Positions 1 to 9,206 of a stretch of 32,000 nucleotides of DNA are shown piece after piece. Under the pieces are notes generated by a model, which saw only the letters and a program-made list of their open reading frames with translations, searched no databases and had not been told where the DNA came from. Source of the stretch: Chlamydiales bacterium. GTDB taxonomy: Bacteria; Chlamydiota; Chlamydiia; Chlamydiales; JAAKFR01. The position numbers and the translations under genes are program-made. The DNA is taken from the NCBI GenBank assembly GCA_041395025.1, contig JAWLBH010000001.1:1-32000 (forward strand), in the 5' to 3' direction. Numbering within the stretch: position 1 is the first letter of the stretch; each line of letters begins with the position of its first letter.

Positions 1-1804
1 AAAGGGCATAATTTTTAAAAGGATCTGACAGCACAAAGGCAATAAATTTACTATTTCTGCTCCAGTCAGGTTTTCCAACTTTAGTTCCATGCCATTGGAT
101 ATCTGAATCTTTTAAAAATTGAGAGCGTGTTAAGATGGGGTGATTTTTACGAAAAGCAATTGTTTTTTGATAAAAACGGAAAAATGACTGATTGTGATTT
201 AGATTATCCCATTGAAACCAATTGATGCGTGAATCCTCTTGCCATGAGTTATTATTTCCTTCTTTGGTATGCCCGTATTCATCTCCCATTAATACCATAG
301 GAACTCCTTGAGAAACCATCAAGGCTAAATGAAAATTTTTTCTTTGTCTTAAGCGGAGTTTTAAAATTTTTTCATCTTCTGTTGGTCCTTCGGTACCGCA
401 ATTCCAGCTTTCATTGTGATTGGATCCATCTTGATTGAGTTCACCATTTTTCCAGTTATGTTTTTCATTATAAGAAACAAGATCTATCAGTGTGAATCCA
501 TCATGTGCTGTGACAAAATTAATACTTTGACTAGGGAGTCTTGCATTTCCGTATAGATCTTCCGAACCACTGAGCCTTGTTGCAAATTCTCCAGCCATTC
601 CCTCATTTCCTTTTATAAAACGCCTTATAGAGTCGCGGTATTTTCCATTCCATTCAGCCCATCTTCTTGTCCCTGGAAAAGAACCTACTTGATACAATCC
701 ACCAGCATCCCATGCTTCAGCGATCAGTTTAGTGGTCGCAAGCATGGGGTCTTGAGAGATCATCTCTATGATAGGTGGATTTTTTAGGACATTGCCATGA
801 GAATCTCGTGTAAAAACTGAAGCAAGGTCAAAACGAAATCCATCGACATGCATTTCTGTTACCCAGTAACGTAGACTATCTTTAATCATTTCAGAAACAA
901 TACTATGGTTGCAGTTTAAGGTATTTCCACAACCCGAAAAATTGTAATATTTTCCATAAGAATCGACCATATAGTAGATTGAATTATCAATTCCTCTAAA
1001 AGAAAGATTAGGGGTTTCTCCAACTCCTTCTCCCGTATGGTTATAAACTACATCGAGAATCACTTCAATTCCATGAGTATGCAACTCTTTAACAAGGTGC
1101 TTGAATTCATTAATTGAACCATACCGTTCCATCGGGGCAAAAAAATTCACTGTCGAATATCCCCAATAATTATAAAAATGCCTTCCTATAGAACGAGGTG
1201 GGAGATCAGTATTTTCATTAAAGTAATGAATGGGCATAAGTTCAATTGCATTGATGCCAAGATCTTGAAGATAGGGAATTTTCTCAATGATTCCTTCAAA
1301 TGTTCCTTTATTCTTGACACAACTAGAGGAGTCTTGAGTGAATCCTCGGACATGCATTTCATAGATAATCAAGTCTTTCATTGGAATATTTGGATGATGA
1401 TCTTCTTCCCATGCAAAGGGATCAAGAAAAGGATCCACAGATCCTAAGTAGACATTATCTATCAATGCAGAAGAACGCGTTACTTCCTTAGCATAGGGAT
1501 CAAGCAGAATAAATTGGTTATCAAAATAATGTCCTGTTATAGGATCATAAGGACCGTCTATTCTATATCCATAATAGAAATTTCCTGGGAGATTTTTAAC
1601 AAAAATATGCCAAATATTTCCTGTTTTATTCGTTTTAGGATTCAGAGAAATTTCAGTTTTTAGCTTCTGATTTTCAGGATCAAAAAGCACTAAAGAAACA
1701 GCATATGCATTTTTAGAAAAGAGCGCAAAATTATATCCTTGAGAATGATGAGAAACCCCAAATGGATAGGGGAATCCACATTCTAATCTAAAGCCTTCTT
1801 CCAT
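1..1804 (-). CDS. glgX: Glycogen debranching enzyme GlgX (GH13 isoamylase-type), 3' end cut by the window edge
   Basis: Absent from the ORF track because it runs off the window. My reverse-strand translation from the ATG at 1804 gives MEEGFRLECGFPYPFGVSHHSQGYNFALFSKNAYAVSLVLFDPENQ...GNIWHIFVKNLPGNFYYGYRIDGPYDP. Around 1025-1105 it gives EFKHLVKELHTHGIEVILDVVYNHTGEG (GH13 region I, DVVYNH). The frame is still open at position 2 (...SRNSKFIAFVLSDPFKNYAL). Confidence 0.85.
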   Translation of the reverse strand, partial: MEEGFRLECGFPYPFGVSHHSQGYNFALFSKNAYAVSLVLFDPENQKLKTEISLNPKTNKTGNIWHIFVKNLPGNFYYGYRIDGPYDPITGHYFDNQFILLDPYAKEVTRSSALIDNVYLGSVDPFLDPFAWEEDHHPNIPMKDLIIYEMHVRGFTQDSSSCVKNKGTFEGIIEKIPYLQDLGINAIELMPIHYFNENTDLPPRSIGRHFYNYWGYSTVNFFAPMERYGSINEFKHLVKELHTHGIEVILDVVYNHTGEGVGETPNLSFRGIDNSIYYMVDSYGKYYNFSGCGNTLNCNHSIVSEMIKDSLRYWVTEMHVDGFRFDLASVFTRDSHGNVLKNPPIIEMISQDPMLATTKLIAEAWDAGGLYQVGSFPGTRRWAEWNGKYRDSIRRFIKGNEGMAGEFATRLSGSEDLYGNARLPSQSINFVTAHDGFTLIDLVSYNEKHNWKNGELNQDGSNHNESWNCGTEGPTEDEKILKLRLRQRKNFHLALMVSQGVPMVLMGDEYGHTKEGNNNSWQEDSRINWFQWDNLNHNQSFFRFYQKTIAFRKNHPILTRSQFLKDSDIQWHGTKVGKPDWSRNSKFIAFVLSDPFKNYAL

Positions 1805-1918
1805 AATTCTATGAATTAACATGGCTTTTCTCAAAAGGCAATAAAAACGTGTGATGAAATTGATTATATGATACAATGATCTATTATTTTATATGACACC
1901 CAGAAGGAAGGATCAGCC

Positions 1919-2416
1919 ATGTCATTTGAAAACGCTAAAGAAAATTTAAAAGATTTCGGAAAAGAACTTGGTTTAGAAGGATTGAATTTTGATGAGAACA
2001 ATACCTGTATTCTTGGCATTGATGATGAGTTTTCAATGCATCTTACATATGAGCCAAATTCTGATCGTCTCTATGTTTATTCTCCACTACTTGATGGTTT
2101 GCCAAAAGATGTCAATATCTGTAAAAAACTCTATGAAAAACTTTTAGAAGGATCTATGCTTGGTGGTCAAATGGCTGGTGGTGGTGTTGGAGTTGCTGTT
2201 AAGGAAGAGCTTATCCTTTTGCATTGTGTGATTGATATGGCATATGCAGTACCTTCTTTACTTCGGGCATTTGCTCCTTTATATGTTGAAACAGTGGAAA
2301 AATGGAGAACTGTTTGTCGTGATATTTGCGAAGGCCGTGAACCTTCTGTCGATACTATGCCAACGCCTCCACAAACGCAGTTGCCTCCAAAGCCTGGAAC
2401 GGGTATTCGTGCTTGA
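1919..2416 (+). CDS. slc1: Type III secretion chaperone, CesT/SycE-like (homolog of chlamydial Slc1/CT043)
   Basis: 165 aa. NNTCILGIDDEFSMHLTYEPNSDRLYVYSPLLDGLP...LYEKLLEGSMLGGQMAGGGVGV...LILLHCVIDM closely resembles my recollection of C. trachomatis Slc1. ATG with a GAAGGAAGGA RBS upstream. Sits between glgX and ssb as in Chlamydia. Confidence 0.8.
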   Translation: MSFENAKENLKDFGKELGLEGLNFDENNTCILGIDDEFSMHLTYEPNSDRLYVYSPLLDGLPKDVNICKKLYEKLLEGSMLGGQMAGGGVGVAVKEELILLHCVIDMAYAVPSLLRAFAPLYVETVEKWRTVCRDICEGREPSVDTMPTPPQTQLPPKPGTGIRA

Positions 2417-2730
2417 TGATTAATCGATAGAGATTTTTAAAGGGAATTTTCTGGAATTTTCTGGTTTTTGTCTTTTTTGAATATCTTTTTTAACGATAAG
2501 TCTTTTGAAAAAAGGTTTTTTTAATCTTTTTCTTACTGCCCATCTGTTTTTTCTTTAAGCATCAAGTTAGAGAGTTTTGTCTTTTCCCTTGATTTTTCAA
2601 ATTGCATTCCTCTGATCCTTTGTATTACATTCAATGAATCGGGATGTAGAAAGCGAATAGTTAGGTTGCATTTTTTTCTAAGATTTCGTTAGCCTATTCC
2701 TTATATATCTACATTCATAGGGGAATAGTT

Positions 2731-3186
2731 ATGATTATTGTTGAAATAGCAGGATTTCTTGGTGCTGATCCTGAAGAGCGTTTTACATCGAATGGGAAAC
2801 GCATTGTCATGCTTCGTGTAGCAACACGTGTGCGCCAAGGAGGACGTGATGAAACAGTATGGTGGAGAGTGAATATTTGGGGAAATAGATTTGATAATAT
2901 GATTCCTTATTTAAAAAAAGGATCTGGTGTGATTGTCTTAGGAGATATGAGCAAACCAGAAACTTATGTAGGAAAAGATGGAACTCATCAAATTTCTCTC
3001 ACTCTTTCTGCAGAATTAATTAAATTTAGTCCATTTGGACGTTCTGAAACCCAACGACATTCTGAAAATCAAGAAATTGCCACCTCTTCTGTTTCATCTG
3101 AAGTCGAAGAGAATCAGCAAGGAACCTATGTGACTACAGGAGCCGACCAAGAATCAGCTTTTGTTGGGGATGATTTACCATTTTAA
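2731..3186 (+). CDS. ssb: Single-stranded DNA-binding protein
   Basis: 151 aa. OB-fold N-terminus (GFLGADPEERFTSNGKRIVMLRVAT...WWRVNIWG), a low-complexity tail and the canonical acidic C-terminal tip DDLPF. Confidence 0.9.
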   Translation: MIIVEIAGFLGADPEERFTSNGKRIVMLRVATRVRQGGRDETVWWRVNIWGNRFDNMIPYLKKGSGVIVLGDMSKPETYVGKDGTHQISLTLSAELIKFSPFGRSETQRHSENQEIATSSVSSEVEENQQGTYVTTGADQESAFVGDDLPF

Positions 3187-3209
3187 ATTATAAAATAAGG
3201 GTGGACTAG

Positions 3210-4700
3210 ATGTTATTTTCAGCAGTCACTCGTTTAGGGCAACGCAAAGAAGCAGACATAATTATCTTTCCTTTTTGGCAAAAACAAAAAAAGTCTGTGC
3301 CTGCAGCATTATTAGAGACTTTTTCAGATTTAGTCAAATTTCCTGTTGATGCTAAAGATTTTAATGGGAAAGAAGGGGAAACTCTTTTGCTTTATATACA
3401 AGGAATGAAAGAAAAGAGATGTCTTTTACTTGGATTAGGAGAGGAAAAAAACCTTTCGGTAGAAGTTTTACGTAAAGCTTATTCGAATGTAACACAAGAT
3501 TGTCAGAAAAGAGGTTTTTCTAAGATTAATCTTGTCGTTCCGACGATTGGAAAATTGCAATACATTGATGCTAAACAGTGTTTACAAGGAATTGCAGAAG
3601 GTATTTTACTCACTAACTATTCATGGAAAGAAAGTGACCATTTTTCAGATCAAAAAAAGAAAGTTTTAATTAAAGCTGTTCTACTTATCGGAATTCGTTC
3701 TGAAATGCTTGATACAGTACGTGTTTGTCAAGAGGTTGCAGAAGGTGTTTGTTTTGCACGTGACTTAATTAATGACAATGCTGACACTGTGACTCCCTAT
3801 TATTTAGGAGAAGCAGCTAAAAAGATTGCTACAAGATTTTCTAATATGACTGCCCATGTTTATGATCGTGCATGGATTGAAAAGCAGAAAATGGGACTAT
3901 TTGCTGCTGTTGCACGTGGTTCAGTGAATGAACCAAAGTTTATTGTTCTTACTTATCAAGGATACCCTCGTTCAAAAGAGCATACAGTGTTAGTGGGTAA
4001 AGGAGTCACGTATGATACTGGTGGATTAAATTTAAAGCCTACCAATTCAATAGAAGATATGAGGTCTGATATGTCTGGAGCTGCCACTGTCCTAGCAACA
4101 GTGGCAACAGCCGCATCTTTAAAATTAGAACAAAATGTGACTGCAGTGGTAGCAGCTACTGAAAATGCCATTGGATCTAATAGCTACAAGCCAGGGGACG
4201 TTTATGAGAGTCTTTCTGGCATCACTGTTGAGATCGGTAATACTGATGCTGAAGGGCGTCTTACTTTAGCAGATGCTTTAACCTATAGTCTGCAAAAATT
4301 AAAACCTACCCGTCTAATTGATTTAGCGACTCTGACAGGATCAATGGTAGTGGCATTAGGAGATAAGATGTCTGGTTTATTTTGTAATGATGAACAGCTG
4401 GCACTTCAATTATTAGATGCAAGTAGCCGTACTTCTGAAATATTATGGCGTATGCCTCTTTTTAAACCTTATAAAGAGCAACTCAAATCTGATATTGCTG
4501 ATATCAACAATATTGGTGGACGTTCAGCTGGATCGATTACAGCGGCTTTATTTCTTGAAGAATTTGTGAATCATCTTCCTTGGGCACATATTGATATTGC
4601 TGGACCAGCCTTTGGCAATAAGGCATGGGATTATCACCCTAAAAATGGCATTGGCTTTGGAGTGCGTTTATTAATTGATTTTCTTCAACATCTATCCTAA
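3210..4700 (+). CDS. pepA: Leucyl (cytosol) aminopeptidase, M17 family
   Basis: 496 aa. M17 signatures VGKGVTYDTGGLNLKP and NTDAEGRLTLADAL. RBS AAGGGTGG upstream of the ATG. Confidence 0.9.
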   Translation: MLFSAVTRLGQRKEADIIIFPFWQKQKKSVPAALLETFSDLVKFPVDAKDFNGKEGETLLLYIQGMKEKRCLLLGLGEEKNLSVEVLRKAYSNVTQDCQKRGFSKINLVVPTIGKLQYIDAKQCLQGIAEGILLTNYSWKESDHFSDQKKKVLIKAVLLIGIRSEMLDTVRVCQEVAEGVCFARDLINDNADTVTPYYLGEAAKKIATRFSNMTAHVYDRAWIEKQKMGLFAAVARGSVNEPKFIVLTYQGYPRSKEHTVLVGKGVTYDTGGLNLKPTNSIEDMRSDMSGAATVLATVATAASLKLEQNVTAVVAATENAIGSNSYKPGDVYESLSGITVEIGNTDAEGRLTLADALTYSLQKLKPTRLIDLATLTGSMVVALGDKMSGLFCNDEQLALQLLDASSRTSEILWRMPLFKPYKEQLKSDIADINNIGGRSAGSITAALFLEEFVNHLPWAHIDIAGPAFGNKAWDYHPKNGIGFGVRLLIDFLQHLS

Positions 4701-4840
4701 AAAATCTTTTGTAATAGATTGTGATGATATAGTCGTTGTAATGAATAAAAAAAGGTAATTAGTGATTAATGCAACCCATTCTTTTTCATGACTTTATTTT
4801 TTTTCTCTCGAATTCGAGAACTTTTATTAAAAAAAAACGC

Positions 4841-4868
4841 TAAAGTCTCTCGTAAGATTTTCCGATGA
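4841..4868 (+). promoter_or_regulatory. Candidate sigma-28 (FliA-type) promoter for hctB: TAAAGTCT-N12-TCCGATGA
   Basis: The -35 TAAAGTCT (4841-4848) and -10 TCCGATGA (4861-4868) compare with the FliA consensus TAAAGTTT-N11/12-GCCGATAA. The site lies 45 nt upstream of the hctB ATG, with an AGGAGG RBS at 4900-4905. hctB is a known sigma-28 target in C. trachomatis. Confidence 0.5.
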
Positions 4869-4912
4869 ATCGTATAGACCATTTTTGGAAATAAAAGATA
4901 GGAGGCAAAACC

Positions 4913-5464
4913 ATGCTGAGACTCCAACGACGTCGAGCATCTGCATCTTCAAGCAGTCGTCGCACAAAGAAACGAGCTTCTATTAAGAGCACGGCAAAGC
5001 GATCTACTGCGAAAAAGACTTTAGCTCATAAATCTTCCACAGCTAAAAAGAGAGCTTCTACCCGTAAAGCAGCTCCAAAACGCAAAGTTGCATCTAAGAG
5101 AACAACTGCTACTCGTAAAGCAGCTCCAAAACGCAAAGTTGCATCTAAGAGAACAACTGCTACTCGTAAAGCAGCTCCAAAACGCAAAGTTGCATCTAAG
5201 AGAACAACTGCTACTCGTAAAGCAGCTCCAAAACGCAAAGTTGCATCTAAGAGAACAACTGCTACCCGTAAAGCAGCTGCTCATAAAAAAAGATCGGTAA
5301 CAAGAAAATCAACTTCTTCAAATCATCGCCATTCTCTCTCTGCTGCTTCTTCACCTCGTTCTAATACACGTTCAAATCGACGTGCTTCTCGTAAACGACT
5401 ACAGACTGCAGAAGGCTGGCGTCGTAATGTCATGAAATTTTATAGAAGCAAGATATCACATTAA
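4913..5464 (+). CDS. hctB: Histone H1-like nucleoid protein (Hc2/HctB-like), Lys/Arg/Ala/Thr-rich with tandem repeats
   Basis: 183 aa of extremely basic low-complexity sequence with a repeated TRKAAPKRKVASKRTTA unit. Position immediately after pepA matches CT046 hctB. Strong RBS and a downstream intrinsic terminator. Confidence 0.75.
   Translation: MLRLQRRRASASSSSRRTKKRASIKSTAKRSTAKKTLAHKSSTAKKRASTRKAAPKRKVASKRTTATRKAAPKRKVASKRTTATRKAAPKRKVASKRTTATRKAAPKRKVASKRTTATRKAAAHKKRSVTRKSTSSNHRHSLSAASSPRSNTRSNRRASRKRLQTAEGWRRNVMKFYRSKISH
5063..5278 (+). repeat. Perfect tandem repeat, 51 bp x 4 plus a 12 bp partial fifth copy, in frame within hctB
   Basis: The unit cgtaaagcagctccaaaacgcaaagttgcatctaagagaacaactgctact starts at 5063, 5114, 5165 and 5216. 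The only difference is the last base of copy 4. A partial copy at 5267-5278 then diverges. Confidence 0.95.
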
Positions 5465-5490
5465 AATTTTTTGATAGATCTTTTGTTAAA

Positions 5491-5522
5491 GATAGCAGCT
5501 TAAAGAAGCTGCTATCTTTTTT
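5491..5522 (+). terminator. Rho-independent terminator of hctB
   Basis: A perfect 11 bp stem (gatagcagctt at 5491-5501, aagctgctatc at 5506-5516) with loop aaag, followed by TTTTTT (5517-5522). It lies 27 nt after the stop codon. Confidence 0.75.
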
Positions 5523-5692
5523 ATAAAGGTCTTTTAAATCGTTTTCTCTTTTTTAATTAAATAAAAAGTCATGAAGGATGGGAGACTTTCTTGTTGGCTA
5601 AGTAGAAAAAAAGCACGTTTTTTTAAAAATCTTCTTCTCTTTTATCTTAGCAAAATTCATTCATAAAATACCTAATTTGATGGTATCTTAGG

Positions 5693-6646
5693 ATGGATAT
5701 GGGATTAATTATTGCTAAAGACTATGAAGAGAGAAGACGTCTTCTTCATACCTACCTTAAAAAAACTGTAGGTCCTCGCTTCTTTTTTAAACCTGAGCAA
5801 TTTCGAGAGTTTCTTGAAGAGATAGAGACATTGTCTTGTATTTCAAAATCAAAAATAGTTGTTTTACAAGATCTTGACCTTCTTAAAAAAGAGCAATTTC
5901 AAGAAGTCATTAATTATGTGAACAAGCCAAATCCATCGATCGATCTTTATCTCACAACCGCTTGCCCTCCTGTACAAATTCAGGTGTTTAAAAAATTAGG
6001 CCCTATTATTCATCTTAAAGAAGAAAAGCCTTGGGAAAAAGAAAAAAGGTTAATTCAATGGGTAATAGAAGAGGCTGCTGCTGCTGGTGTAATTTTAGTT
6101 GCTGAAACAGCTCAAACTTTTGTGAGAAGAGTAGATTCCCATTTTTTGAAAGAAGAAATTGAAAAACTCATTTGTTATGTTGGTAAGAAACATGAAATTA
6201 CGAATGAAGATATTGATGCTGTCTGCATTCCTGTTCATCATGAAACTCTATGGGAATTAGGTCAGGCGATTTTTACGAAACGACCTTCTTTAGCTATTCA
6301 TATTGGCCAGATTCTTATAGAGGATGGGATGGTACTTCTTCCTTTAATTGCCCATTTGCGTACACAATTCCATACAGCTTTGAAGATGGTAAATCTTTAT
6401 CATCTTCATGGGAAGGGGGCTGTTTTAAAAGAGTTTCCTTATTTAAAAGGGGAATTGATCGATAAAAAAATTTCTATTTTTAAAGACTATGGTCTTGAGC
6501 GTTTAAAACAAGGAATAATGCATTTGTTTGAAGCAGAACTAAAAGCAAAAAATAGTCATTTTAATCCAATTTATCTTCTTGAAATTTTAATATTTAAGGT
6601 TTCTTATGCCACTCTTTCTCCTACCAAATTTACTAGGTTTTGTTAA
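5693..6646 (+). CDS. holA: DNA polymerase III delta subunit (HolA)-like
   Basis: 317 aa. The layout resembles HolA: an N-terminal clamp-loader-like region (KIVVLQDLDLLKKEQFQEVINYVNKPNPSIDLYLT) and a later WELGQAIFTKRPSLAIHIGQILIEDG helix region. Similarity was judged by eye only. An alternative ATG at 5699 has better spacing to the AGGA. Confidence 0.55.
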   Translation: MDMGLIIAKDYEERRRLLHTYLKKTVGPRFFFKPEQFREFLEEIETLSCISKSKIVVLQDLDLLKKEQFQEVINYVNKPNPSIDLYLTTACPPVQIQVFKKLGPIIHLKEEKPWEKEKRLIQWVIEEAAAAGVILVAETAQTFVRRVDSHFLKEEIEKLICYVGKKHEITNEDIDAVCIPVHHETLWELGQAIFTKRPSLAIHIGQILIEDGMVLLPLIAHLRTQFHTALKMVNLYHLHGKGAVLKEFPYLKGELIDKKISIFKDYGLERLKQGIMHLFEAELKAKNSHFNPIYLLEILIFKVSYATLSPTKFTRFC

Positions 6647-7304
6647 AAATATTCAGATGTTTCTACCACAGTACCTTTACGAAGTGATGGGAAAAATTGA
6701 TGGTTTAATTGCTGAAAGTGAAGGGGGTGGACGGCGTTATCTAGCCCATTTTTCAATAAAGAAAAAATCCCATGAAATTCCAATCGCTCTGCTGAAAAAA
6801 GATCGATCCAAAGACTATCTTGATTTTCTATTACAACCAGTTTTACAAGGGGAGACTTGGGGTATTGTTTCTGATGCAGGACTTCCATGTTTAGCTGACC
6901 CTGGAGCTCATTTAATCCGGCGTGCACAAGAACTGGATATACCAGTTGAAGCTTTGGTTGGACCTTCATCGATCATACTTGCGCTGATGCTTTCTGGATT
7001 ATCGGGTCAACAGTTCTTTTTTCATGGCTATCTTTCAAAATACCCTGAACAAAGAGAAAAACATCTTAGAAGATGGGAACAGGTCAAGGATACGACGCAT
7101 ATGTTTATTGAAGCTCCTCATCGCAATCAATATCTCCTTAAGGATTGTTTAAGGATTTTAAAACCCAATACCTTATTTTGCCTAGCTACCAATCTTACCC
7201 TTTCCGATCAGATGGTCAAGACAGCTCCAATTAAACAATGGAAAGAAATAGATCTCGCAAAAAACCCCACTATTTTTTTATTTCATGCTTCTTCACGAGG
7301 TTAG
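6606..7304 (+). CDS. SAM-dependent methyltransferase, tetrapyrrole-methylase fold (RsmI/YraL-like)
   Basis: 232 aa. GIVSDAGLPCLADPGAHLIRRAQELDIPVEALVGPSSIILALMLSGLSGQQFFFHGYL matches the RsmI/YraL core pattern (SDAG.P...DPG...V....G..V..LPG.S....AL..SGL....F.F.GFL). Overlaps holA by 41 nt. Position matches CT048 yraL. Confidence 0.75.
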   Translation: MPLFLLPNLLGFVKNIQMFLPQYLYEVMGKIDGLIAESEGGGRRYLAHFSIKKKSHEIPIALLKKDRSKDYLDFLLQPVLQGETWGIVSDAGLPCLADPGAHLIRRAQELDIPVEALVGPSSIILALMLSGLSGQQFFFHGYLSKYPEQREKHLRRWEQVKDTTHMFIEAPHRNQYLLKDCLRILKPNTLFCLATNLTLSDQMVKTAPIKQWKEIDLAKNPTIFLFHASSRG

Positions 7305-7333
7305 GATAAATTGTAATAGACCTTTTACATTTC

Positions 7334-8407
7334 TTAATCATTCATAATAATTTCTCCTACAGAATCATGAAACAAAATGCCTCGATCTGATAAGTTTAAA
7401 GTATAGGGATTGAGAAAACCCTGATCACATAGTTTTTTATAAATACTTTTAAATCTATAAGGCCAGCTATTGACTCCTTTGAGAAGACGGAGTTTTAAAG
7501 CTAATATTTCTTTCGTCGCCTCGATTGGAGGAAGTTTTTCATAAAAATCAGTTGGTAGCTGGTTTTGATCTAGTAGTTTTATATAACGGTTGAGGTTAGC
7601 GCAGTTTTGAAAACGCGCTCCTTTCCAATAGCTAAATGCAGAAGGGCCAAACCCAAGAAAAGGGCGTCCTTCCCAATAACCTGTGTTATGGCGTGATTCA
7701 CAATGAGATTTGGAAAAAGCAGATATTTCATATTGTTTGAATCCGAAGGTTTTTAATTGGTTGATTGCCATCTTTAACATTTTAGCACTGATCTTTGGAG
7801 GGGGGATTTGTGGAAGAAGGGTGGTTCGATGTTGATAGAAAGAGGTATGGGGTTCAATCGTAAGATTGTAGAGAGAAATATGGGAAATAGGAAGAGAAGA
7901 GGCCTTTTTCAGTGTCGCTTCCCAACTTTCCAGGGTTTGTTCAGGCAGATCATACATTAAGTCAATAGAGATATTTTGCAATCCAGAGGAAGCAAATTGA
8001 TCAATCGTCTCTTCAGCCTTTTTAGCGGTATGGGTACGAGTCAATTTTTTGAGGAGAATAGAATCAAATGACTGAACTCCAAGACTAATACGGTTAATGC
8101 CAGGAAAATGGAAGCAAGAAGTCTCAGGATTTATTTCTAAGGTCACTTCAACTTCTTTATCAGGATTAATCCATGATAAAATCATTTCGATAGCCTTGGG
8201 TCCTAGCAAAGAAGGAGTTCCTCCTCCAAAGTAGATGGATATCAGTCTTTCCTTTTGAGATAAAAAGTGGTGACGTAAATCCCATTCTTTTTTAAGTGCC
8301 TGTAGATAGATTTTTTGTGAGTCTTCTCTAAAAGGCAGGACATAGAAATGGCAATAACCACATTTCTGCACACAAAAAGGGACATGAAAATAAAGACTAT
8401 AACTCAT
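7334..8407 (-). CDS. hemW: Radical SAM heme chaperone HemW / oxygen-independent coproporphyrinogen oxidase-like (HemN family)
   Basis: 357 aa. Radical SAM CxxxCxxC (FCVQKCGYCHFY) at the N-terminus, GGGTPS, and a HemN-type C-terminal region. Confidence 0.85.
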   Translation of the reverse strand: MSYSLYFHVPFCVQKCGYCHFYVLPFREDSQKIYLQALKKEWDLRHHFLSQKERLISIYFGGGTPSLLGPKAIEMILSWINPDKEVEVTLEINPETSCFHFPGINRISLGVQSFDSILLKKLTRTHTAKKAEETIDQFASSGLQNISIDLMYDLPEQTLESWEATLKKASSLPISHISLYNLTIEPHTSFYQHRTTLLPQIPPPKISAKMLKMAINQLKTFGFKQYEISAFSKSHCESRHNTGYWEGRPFLGFGPSAFSYWKGARFQNCANLNRYIKLLDQNQLPTDFYEKLPPIEATKEILALKLRLLKGVNSWPYRFKSIYKKLCDQGFLNPYTLNLSDRGILFHDSVGEIIMND

Positions 8408-8479
8408 TTCATGACTTAGTTTAAACTGGGTGCCAATGCATTTTAAGGAGATTGAGGTAAGCTCTCTATCTTTTGCAAA

Positions 8480-8935
8480 TTACCATTCAGTGGTATCTGG
8501 ATCCATAATTCCTCCACGGCGCCACCTGTTCTTATCACTAAAAGGATCCTCATCTTCTTCGATAAACTCGGTGTCATGAGTGGTATCACTTTCGTCTCTC
8601 TCATCTTTCTCTTCATCCTGCGTCTGGAGATCGAGCGATTCTGTTTCCATTTCTAAACCTGCCTCTGTTGTTTCTCCGAATGCTACATCTGACATACTCG
8701 GTGTATCAGGGTAGATGACTTTAGCAGCATTGCGTCGTGGAGCAGTAAATTCTTCTATCTCACCACTCTCTTTAAGAAATTGGAGGCGTTCCTTTTCTTC
8801 AACAATTCGCGCTTTAAGATGCGCAATTTCCTCTTTATGACGTTCGATCTCATTCTTAGGCACAAGGCCTAATTTCATCCATTGTTCAAGATCATTTAAT
8901 TCGGATTCTAGTTTTTTTACTCTTTCACTTTTCAT
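8480..8935 (-). CDS. Hypothetical protein with an N-terminal coiled coil and a strongly acidic C-terminal half
   Basis: 151 aa ORF with an ATG start, directly upstream of hemW on the same strand (the position of CT053 in C. trachomatis). I recognise no domain. The composition is coding-like (heptad Lys/Glu N-terminus, Asp/Glu/Thr-rich tail ending in W). Confidence 0.5.
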   Translation of the reverse strand: MKSERVKKLESELNDLEQWMKLGLVPKNEIERHKEEIAHLKARIVEEKERLQFLKESGEIEEFTAPRRNAAKVIYPDTPSMSDVAFGETTEAGLEMETESLDLQTQDEEKDERDESDTTHDTEFIEEDEDPFSDKNRWRRGGIMDPDTTEW

Positions 8936-9206
8936 ATCTACCTATATTAAGAAATGAAAGGATGTACCTTCTTAGATCTTTTTTTTCAATCATCCAATTT
9001 TTGTAAATGGTTTTTTTTCGAACACAACATGAAAATCAAATAAAAGAATTACGAGTATACATCCATTCTCTTATTTCCATATTTTAAAGAAATTGGATCA
9101 ACCGCTCTCTTTTTAATAGAGAGTAATAATACATTTGATCTTCGTGATCCAATGATTGGTATGCAAAATGCATGTACAAAATTAAACATAGCAAATAAGT
9201 CCATTT

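Noticed and set aside
1178-1447. Plus-strand 89 aa ORF
   Set aside because: It lies antisense within glgX, whose minus-strand translation shows unambiguous GH13 motifs. It has no RBS or recognisable product.
2417-2730. A 314 bp T-rich intergenic region with a 10 bp x 2 direct repeat (gaattttctg at 2444-2463) between slc1 and ssb
   Set aside because: I could not support a terminator hairpin, a convincing -35/-10 pair or a structured RNA by eye. The short repeat is within chance expectation for T-rich DNA. It may be worth an sRNA or TSS look, but I make no call.
5021-5300. Three extra ORFs (5021-5284 minus, 5026-5238 minus, 5088-5300 plus) with internally repetitive translations
   Set aside because: They are alternative-frame and antisense readings of the 51 bp hctB tandem repeat. 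The repeats keep every frame open by construction. The hctB frame has the RBS, promoter, terminator and a histone-like composition.
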